From contig NC_043022.1 in NCBI RefSeq assembly GCF_006345805.1, positions 2,914,001 through 2,978,000 on the forward strand: a stretch of DNA of 64,000 nt, written 5' to 3'. Shown here one piece after another: positions 50,327-63,163 of the stretch. Each line of letters begins with the position of its first letter. Positions within the stretch are counted from its first letter, which is position 1. The notes below the pieces were generated by a model that had not been told where the DNA came from, searched no databases, and worked only from the letters and a program-made list of their open reading frames with translations. The position numbers and the translations under genes are program-made. This DNA is from Octopus sinensis (Eukaryota).

Positions 50327-50519
50327 AGTATAATTAATTGAAAACAATGTGAAGGGATAAGCATAGCATTTGAGAGCAATTTGAATGCTAAAGGGTTAAA
50401 TCTTTCAGTATCAGTAAAGTGGATCTCTCAGAAGGCTGATTGTTGTAAAAGTAGTGAAGAAAGCATTTGAGGTTTGCTACTTGGGCTGAGTGCTTGAGAC
50501 ATATTATTGATAAGATAAC

Positions 50520-50614
50520 CTGTTTATTGAGAAGGGCAGCAGCGAGATACAACTGCTGTAGTGGCGGCGGCCCTCCTAGAAGCATTAGCTTTTTCTTGGC
50601 TGTAGTAAAGTTCA
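50520..50614 (-). CDS. Candidate 95-nt exon (xNFTTAKKKLMLLGGPPPLQQLYLAAALLNKQ)
   Basis: aacttctgtttcaag|TGAAC...AAACAG|gttatc; GC-richer unique sequence, open in phase 1 to 0; protein not recognised. Confidence 0.4.
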
Positions 50615-51304
50615 CTTGAAACAGAAGTTATTTTGTGGTTTGTCGAGGTGAACATTAAAGACATACCGACAAAAATCTAAGGTTGCTGTGGCTTGAAAAT
50701 AATTGATTCTGCTATTAAGAACCCATGAAGCTCTGTGTGTGTGTGTGTGTGTCCGTGTCTCATTTCATTTATTTACAATGGAGATAGAGAGGGGGGTTTG
50801 AAGAGAAGTTCGCTGCTTTCAAATTCTGATCTGATATAGCATATCAGCTTTTTGAGATAAAGTCTATCCCCGAGTCGTTCTCAAGTGTATTGGAAGATAG
50901 CCTATCAATAAGGAATACGAGGAATGTGTTGATGCCAATTTAGGGTTAAGGAAACAGCTGTTTGAAAATTAGAGATGGAACTCTTGAAAGGTAGAATTGT
51001 TTCAGCAGTTTATTTTTTTTCCCCTGTATCGTTAAGGCGCCAGTCTGGCTGGGCTGTGTGGTAAGAAGTTTGCTTCTGAACCTCATCGTTCTGTGTTCAG
51101 TTCCACCGTGGGGGACCTTGGACAAATGTCTTTTACCATAGCCTTGGGCTGACCAAGGCTTTGTGGGTGGATTTGGCAGGCAGAAACCGAAAGAAGCCTC
51201 TCTTTGTGTGCGTGTGTGTGTGTGTCTGTTTGTGTGTGTGTTTGTGTCTGTGTGTGTGTGTCTGTCTGTTTGTCCCTCACCATCGCTTGACAAGCAATGT
51301 TGGT

Positions 51305-51864
51305 ATTCTTTTATTCTTTTGCTTGTTTCAGTCATTTGACTGGCCATGCTGGAGTACTGCCTTTAGTCAAACAAATTTAACCCCGGACTTATTCTTTGTA
51401 AGCCTAGTACTTATTCTATCGGTGTCTTTTGCCAAACTGCTAGGTTATGGGGACGTAAACAAACCAACATCAGTGGTCAAGTGTTGGTGGGGGGACAAAC
51501 ATACACACACACACATGACAGGCTTCTTTTCAGTTTCCGTCACATGGTTTTAGTTGGCCCAAGGCTATAGTAGAAGACACTTGCCCAAGGTGCCACACAG
51601 TGTGATTGAACCTGGAACCATGTGGTTGGTAAGCAAGCTACTTACCACACACCCATTCCTGCACCTATACTCTTTTACTTGCTTCAGTCATTTGACTGCA
51701 GTCATGCTGGAGCACCATTTTTAATCAAGCAGCTCGACCCCGGGACTTATTCTTTTGTAAGCCCAGTACTTATTCTATCGGTCTCTTTTGCCGAACCGCT
51801 AAGTAACGGGGACGTAAACACACCAGCATCGGTTGTCAAGCAATGCTAGGGCGACAAACACACA

Positions 51865-51911
<47 letters not shown>

Positions 51912-52040
51912 TACAATGGGCTTCTTTCAGTTTCCGTCTACCAAATCCACTCACAATGCTTTGGTCGGCCTGAGGCTATAGTAGAAGACACTTGCCCAAG
52001 ATGTCACGCAGTGGGACTGAACCCAGAACCATGTGGTTGG
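51305..52040 (-). mobile_element. Two tandem family A SINEs
   Basis: Copies at ~51305-51664 and ~51668-52040; preceded by a plus-strand head half (51040-51300) and followed by a plus-strand tail remnant (52040-52155). Confidence 0.85.
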
Positions 52041-52509
52041 TAGACTGATAGAATAAGAACCAGACCTTTTTGGTCAGTTTTTTTTTACGACTAAAATCCT
52101 TCAAGGTACTGCCCCAGCATGGCCACGATCTAATGACTGACACAAGTAAAAGATAAGAGATCTTAAATTTAAGAAAAAGAGGCGATTATTTCATTGATAA
52201 TTTCCCCCTTTCTAACCATTTTGTTTTTAAGTTCTACTAAAATTCACGAACCAGTCCTCCACCTATGTCTCAAATTACTGGGTTTTTTTCATATCTCCTG
52301 TCCTATTTTTGTTTTTAAACCTAGTTAAATCAGAACACTAAATATAACTTGATAAAAATATCTATGGAGAATAAACATTAATCAGATGTAAAGTGTGTTC
52401 GGAGGAATCTAGAAATATAGCCTAATATATTGGAACTTGGGCTTTGCTTGGGAAAATAAAGGCAAAATGATGTTTTTAAAATCTGAATTTTTTTTTTTTT
52501 TTTGTATTT

Positions 52510-52800
52510 TGTACTTGTTTGTCATTAGACTGTGACCATACTGGAGCACCACCTTGAATCGACACCGTTACTTATTTATTTATTTTTGTTTTAAGCCTGG
52601 TACTTTTATTGGTTTTTGTTTGCTGAACTGCTAAGTTACGGGGATGTAAACATACCAAAGCCAGTTGTCAAGTGGTGGTAGGGAACAAAGACACGCAAAA
52701 ACATGCGCGTGCACACATGTGCAAAGACACACAGACACATGCGCGCATGTATGTATGATGAGCTTTTAGTTTCTCTGTCTCCCACATTCACTCTGAAAAC
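52510..52800 (-). mobile_element. Diverged family A SINE 3' half, host of the 108-bp array
   Basis: GTCATTAGACTGTGACCATACTGGAGCACC...GTTGTCAAG...TTTTAGTTTCTCTGTC runs directly into the array. Confidence 0.75.
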
Positions 52801-55064
52801 TTTGGTCAGCCCATGGCTATAGCAGAAGAGACTTGCCCAAGGTACCACACAGTGGGACTGAACCCAGAAACGTGTGGTTCGGAAGCAAACTTCTGGGCAT
52901 ATTTTAACTTTGGTCAGCCCACGGCTATAGCAGAAGAGACTTGCCCAAGGTACCACACAGTGGGACTGAACCCAGAACCATGTGGTTGGGAAGCAAACTT
53001 CTGGGCATATTTTAACTTTGGTCAGCCCACGGCTATAGCAGAAGAGACTTGCCCAAGGTACCACACAGTGGGACTGAACCCAGAACCATGTTGTTCGGAA
53101 ACATACTTCTGGGCATATTTTAACTTTGGTCAGTCCATGGCTATAGCAGAAGACACTTGGCCAAGGTACCACACAGTGGGACTGAACCCAGAACCATGTT
53201 GTTCGGAAGCAAACTTCTGGGTATATTTTAACTTTGGTCAGTCCATGGCTATAGCAGAAGACACTTGGCCAAGGTACCACACAGTGGGACTGAACCCAGA
53301 ACCATGTTGTTCGGAAGCAAACTTCTGGGTATATTTTAACTTTGGTCAGTCCATGGCTATAGCAGAAGACACTTGGCCAAGGTACCACACAGTGGGACTG
53401 AACCCAGAACCATGTTGTTCGGAAGCAAACTTCTGGGTATATTTTAACTTTGGTCAGTCCATGGCTATAGCAGAAGACACTTGGCCAAGGTACCACACAG
53501 TGGGACTGAACCCAGAACCATGTTGTTCGGAAGCAAACTTCTGGGCATATTTTAACTTTGGTCAGTCCATGGCTATAGCAGAAGACACTTGGCCAAGGTA
53601 CCACACAGTGGGACTGAACCCAGAACCATGTTGTTCGGAAACATACTTCTGGGCATATTTTAACTTTGGTCAGTCCATGGCTATAGCAGAAGAGACTTGG
53701 CCAAGGTACCACACAGTGGGACTGAACCCAGAACCATGTTGTTCGGAAGCAAACTTCTGGGTATATTTTAACTTTGGTCAGTCCATGGCTATAGCAGAAG
53801 ACACTTGGCCAAGGTACCACACAGTGGGACTGAACCCAGAACCATGTTGTTCGGAAGCAAACTTCTGGGTATATTTTAACTTTGGTCAGTCCATGGCTAT
53901 AGCAGAAGACACTTGGCCAAGGTACCACACAGTGGGACTGAACCCAGAACCATGTTGTTCGGAAGCAAACTTCTGGGCATATTTTAACTTTGGTCAGTCC
54001 ATGGCTATAGCAGAAGACACTTGGCCAAGGTACCACACAGTGGGACTGAACCCAGAACCATGTTGTTCGGAAACATACTTCTGGGCATATTTTAACTTTG
54101 GTCAGTCCATGGCTATAGCAGAAGACACTTGGCCAAGGTACCACACAGTGGGACTGAACCCAGAACCATGTTGTTCGGAAGCAAACTTCTGGGTATATTT
54201 TAACTTTGGTCAGTCCATGGCTATAGCAGAAGACACTTGGCCAAGGTACCACACAGTGGGACTGAACCCAGAACCATGTTGTTCGGAAGCAAACTTCTGG
54301 GTATATTTTAACTTTGGTCAGTCCATGGCTATAGCAGAAGACACTTGGCCAAGGTACCACACAGTGGGACTGAACCCAGAACCATGTTGTTCGGAAGCAA
54401 ACTTCTAGGCATATTTTAACTTTGGTCAGTCCATGGCTATAGCAGAAGACACTTGGCCAAGGTACCACACAGTGGGACTGAACCCAGAACCATGTTGTTC
54501 GGAAGCAAACTTCTGGGCATATTTTAACTTTGGTCAGTCCATGGCTATAGCAGAAGACACTTGGCCAAGGTACCACACAGTGGGACTGAACCCAGAACCA
54601 TGTTGTTCGGAAGCAAACTTCTGGGCATATTTTAACTTTGGTCAGTCCATGGCTATAGCAGAAGACACTTGGCCAAGGTACCACACAGTGGGACTGAACC
54701 CAGAACCATGTTGTTCGGAAGCAAACTTCTGGGCATATTTTAACTTTGGTCAGTCCATGGCTATAGCAGAAGACACTTGGCCAAGGTATCACACAGTGGG
54801 ACTGAACCCAGAACCATGTTGTTCGGAAACATACTTCTGGGCATATTTTAACTTTGGTCAGTCCATGGCTATAGCAGAAGACACTTGGCCAAGGTACCAC
54901 ACAGTGGGACTGAACCCAGAACCATGTTGTTCGGAAACATACTTCTGGGCATATTTTAACTTTGGTCAGCCCATGGCTATAGCAGAAGAGACTTGCCCAA
55001 GGTACCACACAGTGGGACTGAACCCAGAAGCATGTGGTTCGGAAGCAAACTTCTGGGCATATTT
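52801..55064. repeat. 108-bp tandem array (21 copies) derived from the family A SINE head
   Basis: TTTGGTCAG starts at 52801+108n up to 54961; unit = SINE head segment (GGCTATAGCAGAAGACACTTG...GGGACTGAACCC...AACTTCT) plus 14-nt linker GGGYATATTTTAAC. Confidence 0.97.
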
Positions 55065-55845
55065 TTTTTATATTACACATCACCTGTGTATCTTTGGTCA
55101 CCTGTTATTTTTAGCTTACGGAATGGGTTTTTTTTTTTCCACTGAGGATTGGCTGTGTATTGTAATCTTAATCAAATCTAAGTCAACAGATTATTCTTCT
55201 AGCGAAAACATTGAGCCGCAAACATTGTATCTTATTCACTCCTCCTCGAGACAACCACGATGATGATGATGGTGGTGGTGGTGGTGTCGGAGATGGAGCT
55301 AGTAATTTTCTCTGTCTTGTGTTATTACATAATGTCCAGAGGCCAGTCGTCTGGTAATTATGGAAAGGTATTAAGTTAGCTGATTTCTATTTTAATGGAC
55401 ATTTTTATTTTCGATTTCCTCATTAGTTTCCAAATGAAATAAGCCATTGTCTTCAGAAGGTCTGCTGGTCACTTGCAGTTTTTGAGCAAGAACTCTAGTT
55501 TTATTAAATTGCCCAGAGTATCCAGCCAGAGATTGTTTACTCTCACCGCTAGCCAGTGCCGCTAAATACATACCTACCATACCTGTCGAGATTATTATAT
55601 AAAGGAAATAAAGGTCACTTGCAGAATTCTTACCGAGATTAGAATTTTAACATACCGCATTCGTTATATAATTCTACTATTTTACAAATGTCATTTGTTT
55701 TTGTTTTTTTTTGTTTTTTGTTTTTTGTTTTTTCATTATGTGGTGATGGTCAGATAGCATTACTAAAAGCAATTAGATATAGAAGTTTATTTTCAACAGA
55801 CCTTAATAGTCATTTCAAAGCGAAATTACTGTATTGTTTGACGTA

Positions 55846-55876
<31 letters not shown>

Positions 55877-56091
55877 TTTCCATTTTTGATTTTGAAAATT
55901 TGGAATATGATTTCTCTTGCAACATGTAAAAGAGAATTATTTCCTTGGTTTATTTATTTGAATTTTTATCGATTCATTTCAACAGTATTTTGCAGACTAT
56001 AAGTTTAATTTAATATTCTCTGGCTTGTTTCCATGGCCATACTGTCAGGCGTTGTGTTTATTGAATATAAAGTCACAGGTGGTAGGTGCAG

Positions 56092-56712
56092 ATGTAGCTG
56101 TGTGGTAAACAAGCTTACTTTGTGAGCTGGCAGAAACATTGGCACACCGGGCAAAATGCTTAGCAGTATTTCATCTGCCGTTACGTTCTGAGTTCAAATC
56201 CAGCCGAGGTCGACTTTTCCCTTTCATCCTTTTGGGGTCGATAAATTAAGTACCAGTTACGCACTGGGGTCGATGTAATCAATTTAATCCCTTTGTCTGT
56301 CCTTGTTTGTCCCCTCTATGTTAACCCCCCTTGTGGGCAATAAAGAAATAAGAAACTTACTTCACAACTACATGGTTGCATGTTCAGTCCTACTGGGTGA
56401 CACCTTGGGCAAGTGTCTTCTACTATAGCCTCAGGCCAACCAAAGCCTTGTAAATGGATTTGGTAGGCAGAAACTAAAAGAAGCCTGTCGTGTGTGTGTT
56501 TGTGTCTGTTTGTCCCCCCACCCCCCACCATCACTTGACAACCGAAGTTGGTGTGTTTACGTCCCTGTAACTTAGTGGTTTTGCATAAGAGACCACTCAA
56601 ATAAGTACTAGGCTTACAAAGAATAAGTCCTGGGGTTGATTTGTTCGACTAAAACCCCCTTAAGGTGGTGCTCCAGCATGGTCGCAGCCAAATGACAGGC
56701 AAGTAAAAGAAT
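56092..56712 (+). mobile_element. Family A SINE with a family B SINE nested in its head
   Basis: Family B at ~56122-56352 is flanked by AAGCTTACTT / AAACTTACTT. Confidence 0.82.
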
Positions 56713-56732
56713 TAAAGGCTAATATATATTTT

Positions 56733-57108
56733 TATTCTTTTATTTGTTTCACTCATTTGACTGTGGTCATGATGGAGCACCACCTTTAGTCAAACGAACC
56801 AACCCCAGGACTTATTCTTTGTAAGCCTAACACTTATTCTAGTGGTCTCTTTTGCCAAACTGCTAAGTTACGAGGACGTAAACACACCAACATTTATTGT
56901 CAAGTGATGCTAGGGGAAAAACACAGATACACAAACATATATATATGACGGCCTTATTTCAGTTTCTGTCTGCCAAATCCACTCACAAGGCTTTAATTGA
57001 CCTGAGGCTATAGTAGAAAACAATTATCCAAGGTGCCATGCTGTGGGACTGAACCCGGAACCATGTGGCTGGGGAGCAAGTTTCTTACCACACAGCCATG
57101 CCTGCACC
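56733..57108 (-). mobile_element. Family A SINE, diverged, tail-to-tail with the previous copy
   Basis: Reverse-complement layout, ~20 bp from the previous tail. Confidence 0.82.
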
Positions 57109-58032
57109 TGTATACACACACACACAATTGTGTAGATAAGAAGCTTGCTTTGCAACCTTGTGGTTTTGGGTTCAGTTCTAGTGTAGCACCTTGGGCACTA
57201 TCTTCTATGATACCCCTAGGCTGACCAATTTTATATAAGGTAATTTATAGGATAGAAGCCTCTTGAGCGTGTGTATGTGTGTGTTTGTGTGAAACACACC
57301 CAAACACTTCTCATCAAAATTTCATGTTAATTCATGTTCCGTACTTCAAATCAATAATTATAGTTACCTGACTAAATTCTTCGTTTCGTTTCGAAATCAG
57401 TTGAAACAAAAGACAGTCTATTTCAACAGAAATATGGCAACAAAATGGTGAAACTGTCATCCCTTGCATTAAATAATAGCATCTAGCCTTACACAACACA
57501 CACACACACACAACATTTTTGGATTTAAGAATTGGTGGTAGTTGTGATTCACTCTACAAATAGTTGCTACATAGCTGTAGGTAACAAAGTATACACATTA
57601 GTTGTTAGGTGTCTTTGGGTTATGGCTTGCAGTATATGAGGCAAGGGTGGTTCAGATTTTGTTTTTATTTTATTTCATACTCAGGTACAATGCTACCCTC
57701 TCTCTCAACTTTTGACCTTTTGATAGTTCATTTTATGTCTGTTTTTCATGCAAGTATAGATTAGATAAATATATATTGGCGAGATATTGTTTTACAGCCT
57801 GATAGCCTGATGCCCTTCCTGTTGTTAATCCTCACCCCTTTTTTCGAGTGAAGGCATTTTCATCCTACTCAACTTCAAAAGTGCATAGTTCCCATGTGAT
57901 AATGTAAATATTCACACAGACCTTCTACCAACATGGAATGAGAACTTATGATAGCATGAAATTGTAACATCACTAATTTCTTAGTCAACCAGTTTTGCTT
58001 GTGCTAATCATGACTATGTAAATATGTTATTT

Positions 58033-58073
<41 letters not shown>

Positions 58074-58779
58074 GTAGGTGCATATGTGGCTGTATGGTTA
58101 AGAAGCCTGTGGTCTTGGGTTCAGTCATTTGGTGTAGTACCTTGGACAAGTGTTTTCAACTATCTTGGACCACCTGTTGTGCCCGAGTGTGTGTTTGTGC
58201 GTATCCTTGTCTTGATATCATGTGATGGGTGTAAATGAGCATCAGCATCATTGAAGGGAAGCTGTTAATTTTCAGTCTTCTGTGAAAAAAGAAACACGCT
58301 TGGTCATGTGGAAACATTCGCTTTGAAACGGATGAAGGTTGGCGATGGGGTGTGCTTCCAACCATAGAAAATCTGCCTCAGTGAATTCCGTTTCACCTGT
58401 ACAAGCAGGGTAAAGTGGACATGAATTAATGTGGACGATGGTGATGATATATGATGGGGATTTTTTCAGTTTCTTTTTACCAAATTCATAAGGTATTGAT
58501 TGGTTTGGACTATGGGAAGAGATACTTGCCCAAGATGCTGATTAATAGGACAGAATCAAAAACCACATGGTTTCAAAGCAAATTTTTGTATCCAAATAGT
58601 AATTTTTTTTTTTTACTTGTTTCAGTTATACTGTGGCCATGCTGGGGCACCACCTTGAAAAAATTTCAGTCGAATGAATCAACCCCAGTACTTCGTTTTT
58701 TAAAGGCTGGTACTTATGGTATCGGTTGTGGGGACAATCACAAATGCTAAGACACTCACGCAAAGATATACGCATACAT

Positions 58780-59015
58780 ATCTATCTATCCGCTCAGTCG
58801 AAGTCGACTCTCGGTCACTCGCTGGATCAGTGTCCTCCAGTCAGTTCTATCCTGGGCTGCTTCCTTCAGATTGGCTATGTCCATTCCGGTATCAGTCTTG
58901 ATGGTGTCAAGCCAGCGGGTTCTTGGTCGGCCCCTTCCTCTCTTGCCATTGACCATTCCGAGCATGATGTCATTCTCCAGGGATTTTCTCCACATAATAT
59001 GACCGAAATATGCCA
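58780..59015 (-). mobile_element. RTE (BovB-like) LINE 3' fragment nested in a family A SINE
   Basis: YFGHIMWRKSLENDIMLGMVNGKRGRGRPRTRWLDTIK...LKEAAQDRTDWRTLIQRVTESRLRLSG*; (GATA)n tail; host SINE spans ~58614-59216. Confidence 0.9.
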
Positions 59016-59219
59016 TACATACATATATATATATACATGCATACATACATATATATATATATATGATGGGCTTCTTTCAGTTACTATCTGCAAAATCCAC
59101 TCACAATGTTTTGGTCAGCTCAAGGATATAATAGCCTAAAGTACTACGCATGGGAGTGAACCCGGAACTGTGTGGTTCGGAAGATAACTTCTTACCACTC
59201 TGCCATGCCTGCACCTCTT

Positions 59220-59579
59220 TACTCTTTTACTTGTTTCAGTCATTTGACTGCGACCATGCTAGAGCACTGCTTTTTTAGTCAGACAAATCAACCCCAGGAC
59301 TTATTCTCTGTAAGCCTAGTAGTTATTCTTTTGGTCTCTTTTGCTGAACCGCTAAGTTACAGGGATGTAAACACACAAACATGGATTGTCAAGCAATGAT
59401 GGGTGGGGGGACAAACACAGATACACAAACACACAACAGGCTGCTTTCAGTTTCTGTTTACCAAATCCACTCTCAAGGTTTTGGTTGGCCCGAAGCTATA
59501 GTAGAAGATGCCACACAGTGAGGCTGAACCCAGAACCATGTGGTTGGGAAGCAAGCTTCTTACCACACAGCCACTCCTA
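59220..59579 (-). mobile_element. Family A SINE, diverged
   Basis: Tail, body and head recognisable. Confidence 0.82.
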
Positions 59580-59890
59580 TTTTTCATTTATTTTTTTCTT
59601 AAGGTGATGGGATGTGATTTGAATTAGATATGGGTGCTATCCTTAGCATTAAAAAATAGAAGAAAATACTTGAACCAGAAAGAAACAGGTGGCAAGGAAG
59701 GCTCAGTCTTAGTCGATGACTCAATATTGATTTCAATTAAAATCCTTCTTTTATAATCCTGTCTGTGGTGTGTCAGTGCAACACGTGCTTCACAGAACAG
59801 AAATGTGATGGGGAATCGGGAAAGCATTTTCTCAGAGTGTGAAGCTAAATTAAACAGATCTTTAATCTGTTGCTTGTTTCAATCATTGTG

Positions 59891-60130
59891 GAGGCGCAAT
59901 GGCCCAGTGGTTAGGGCAGCGGACTCGCAGTCATAGGATCACAGTTTCGATTCCCAGACCGGGCGTTGTGAGTGTTTATTGAGCGAAATCACCTAAAAAG
60001 CTCCACGAGGCTCCAGCAGGGGATGGTGGTGATCCCTGCTGTACTCTTTCACCACAACTTTCTCTCACTCTTACTTCCTGTTTCTGTTGTACCTGTATTT
60101 CAAAGGGCCGGCCTTGTCACTCTCTGTGTC
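59891..60130 (+). mobile_element. Family E SINE, 3'-truncated
   Basis: Nearly identical to 33867-34110. Confidence 0.85.
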
Positions 60131-60752
60131 CGATCTTTTCGAGCATGATTTGGTCTTATCAGTCACTTGCGGACCCACCAATAAATTTGCGCGAAGACCA
60201 TCATCCTTGACCTTGAGGGATTGCCATAGTAGTAGAAGTTTCAATCATTAGTCTGCAGCCATGCTGGGACACTGCCTTGAACAATGTTTAATTGAATGGA
60301 GTGACCCCTGCTCCCAGTGATTAATTTTTTTTTTTCATAAGCCTGATTTTTTTTTCTTTAAAGCTTGGTATTTATTTTATCCATCTCTTTTGCTGAACTG
60401 CCAAGTTACAGGCAACATCAACACTGGTTGTCGAGCAGTAGTGGGGAACGCACAATAGGTTTCTTTCAGTTTCTGTCTACCAAATCCACTCATAAGGCTG
60501 TGGTTGGTAGATGACAATTGTCCAAGGTTCCACTTGTCTAGCCAGCAGGCAGGTATCATTTGAAAGCTGCAATAATGCAAGGAAGCGTATTGTGACCAGT
60601 GATGTATAACATCTAATAGTGAAGTTGATGTGCTAATACATACATACATACATACACACGTGTATATGTGTGTGCGTATATATATAATATATACACATTC
60701 CTTTCATTCACAGACACACACATTTTGTCATTTGGTTAATTTGGGAATTCTA

Positions 60753-60915
60753 AGTGGCAGAGCAGCTGTGTGATAAGAAGCTTGCTTCCCAACCACACAG
60801 TCCTGGGTTCAGTCCCACTGCGTGGCACCTTGGGCAAGTGTCTTCTACAGTAGCCTTGGGCTGGCCAAAGTCTTGTGAGTAGATTTGGTAGATGGAAACT
60901 GAAAGAAGCCCATCG

Positions 60916-60949
<34 letters not shown>

Positions 60950-61135
60950 CATGCATGTATGTATTTGTGTCTGTGTTTGTTCTCCCCCACCATCGATGTT
61001 GGTGTGTTTACATCCCCGTAACTTAGCAGTTTGGCTAAAGAGACTGATAGAATAAGGAGTGGGGTCAGTTTGTCTAAAGGCAATGCTCCAGCATGGCTGC
61101 AGTCAAGACTGAAACAAATAAAAGCATAAAAGAAT
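60753..61135 (+). mobile_element. Family A SINE, diverged
   Basis: Head, microsatellite and tail in order. Confidence 0.82.
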
Positions 61136-62378
61136 ATGTATGTGTGTATGTATATATATATATATATATGCGTAAGTGTGTATGTGTGCATATATATACA
61201 CACACACACACGCTTACGCATATACAATACACATTCATACACGTATACACTTATATCATTTATATATATACCACACACAATTATTCTCACACACATGCGC
61301 ACAAGCATATATATATATGTATGTATATATATATGTATAGACACACACCTACCTAGTAATTGTTGTGGAAGTGTAAGCAGATATAATAGGGGTTTTTTTT
61401 TGTTGTCTGTTGTCTTAATCTTCATATCTGTAAACTTGAAGGAATGATATGGTTGTTGGATTGTATGACTGCTGGGAGGAACAATGGGGATATGTTTTAG
61501 GGGATTAAGGAAATGAAAAAATTTGTTTACAACAGCCTAGCTCTGTCTACTTTTGACACATTGTTGCTAACTTCCTTTCTTTTTATCTGTCTGTTCAAGG
61601 AAATGTTGGATGGGTTAGGCTAGTACAGTGAATGTTTAAAAAATTTGTTTGTTGGTTGACTAGTGTGTGTGCGTGTGGGTGGGTGGGGGGAGAGAGAGAG
61701 AGAAAGAAAGTGAGGTGGTTCATAGAAAAGGTTCCTAGATCTTCCACCCAAACAGATCTTGGGGTGGAAGACACAGTGTGTTTACTTGAAGGGTTTAGGA
61801 TATCAGATACAGATCTGCATGTAATAAGAGTATGTTGAGGTGAGTAGTAGTAGTATCTGCCTGTCTCTTTGTCTCTGCCTTTCTCTGTCTCCCTCCCTCC
61901 CTCCCTCCCTCCTTCCCTCTCTGTTTGTCTGTCTGTCTGTCTCTCTCTACCTGTCTGTCTGTCTCTGTCTCTCTGTTCTATCAAGCAAGTTCAGAAGATT
62001 AGTAGCCATTGTTGTAGTAGTAGTAGTAGTAGTAGTAGTAGTAATGCAAGAGGGAATATAGAGCAGGGTGACCCTCCGTTGGCAGTGGGACCCAAATTGT
62101 AATGGTGGCTCTTCAAGGGAACAGGTTCATCTCAGTTGTGATGTAATATTTTATTTGCAACTGTAGGTTAGTTGTTGTTTAACCCTAGGTCTGCTCTGAT
62201 CCAGCAGACCCTATGATGTAACCCATTCCAGTAGTGACCATCTCGTCTTTTATCCAGATGTTGCATATCTAGGTCTGCATTATCTCCCTACTATTTTTTT
62301 TTCTTTTTGTAAGATGACAGGATGTGACTTTCCCACTCCCCCTTAAATTTTTTCTATTTATAATGAAATACACACTAT

Positions 62379-62541
62379 AGGCGCAGGAGTGGCTGTGTGG
62401 TAAGTAGCTTGCTAACCAACCACATGGTTCCGGGTTCAGTCCCACTGCGTGGCACCTTGGGCAAGTGCCTTCTGCTATAGCCTCGGGCCGACCAAAGCCT
62501 TGTGAGTGGATTTGGTAGACAGAAACTGAAAGAAGCCTGTA

Positions 62542-62583
<42 letters not shown>

Positions 62584-62797
62584 TGTTTGTGTGTCTGTGT
62601 TTGTTCCCCTAGCATTGCTTGACAACTGATGCTGGTGAGTTTACGTCCCCATTACTTAGCGGTTCGGCAAAAGAGACCGATAGAATAAGTACTAGGCTTA
62701 CAAAGAATAAGTCCCGGGGTCGATTTGCTTGACTAAAGGCGGTGCTCCAGCATGGCCGCAGTCAAATGACTGAAACAAGTAAAAGAGAGAGTAAAGA
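62379..62797 (+). mobile_element. Family A SINE, full length
   Basis: Near-consensus copy. Confidence 0.92.
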
Positions 62798-63163
62798 CAG
62801 AATATTCTAATATAATCAAGACTGAATTATCCTAGATATAGGTTTCCTTTATAGGAGAGCAAGATCTCATTTGAAAGAGAAGTTTCTGGCTGGTGTGATG
62901 TAGGATCATGACAGAATTTAACTTCAGTTATACAGTTTATGTGTGTACATAGGCATGTGCACTTAGTGACGTTCCATCTGTCTTCGTGTTTTGAGTTCAA
63001 ATTCCATTGAGGTTGACTTTCTCTTTTGTCCTTTTGGGGGTCGGTAAAGTAAGCACCAGTCAAACACTTAGGTTGATGTAATTGACTTGCCACCTCTTTC
63101 GAAATTGCTGGCCTTGTGCCAAAATTTGGAATCATTTTTATAAAGCAGGGAGTTGGTAGAATC

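Noticed and set aside
52636-55101. 821-aa and 531-aa repeat ORFs as genuine genes
   Set aside because: Each 36-aa repeat is the translation of a SINE-head-derived 108-bp unit, and the flanks translate SINE sequence; kept only as a low-priority finding
55392-55590. Minus-strand exon GMVGMYLAALASG... or a 9-nt microexon at cag|GTATGGTAG|gtatgt
   Set aside because: Splice-site reading is ambiguous and there is no phase or homology support
61739-61774. Short hairpin TCTTCCACCC...GGGTGGAAGA
   Set aside because: 10-bp arms are within chance expectation for 64 kb and there is no supporting context
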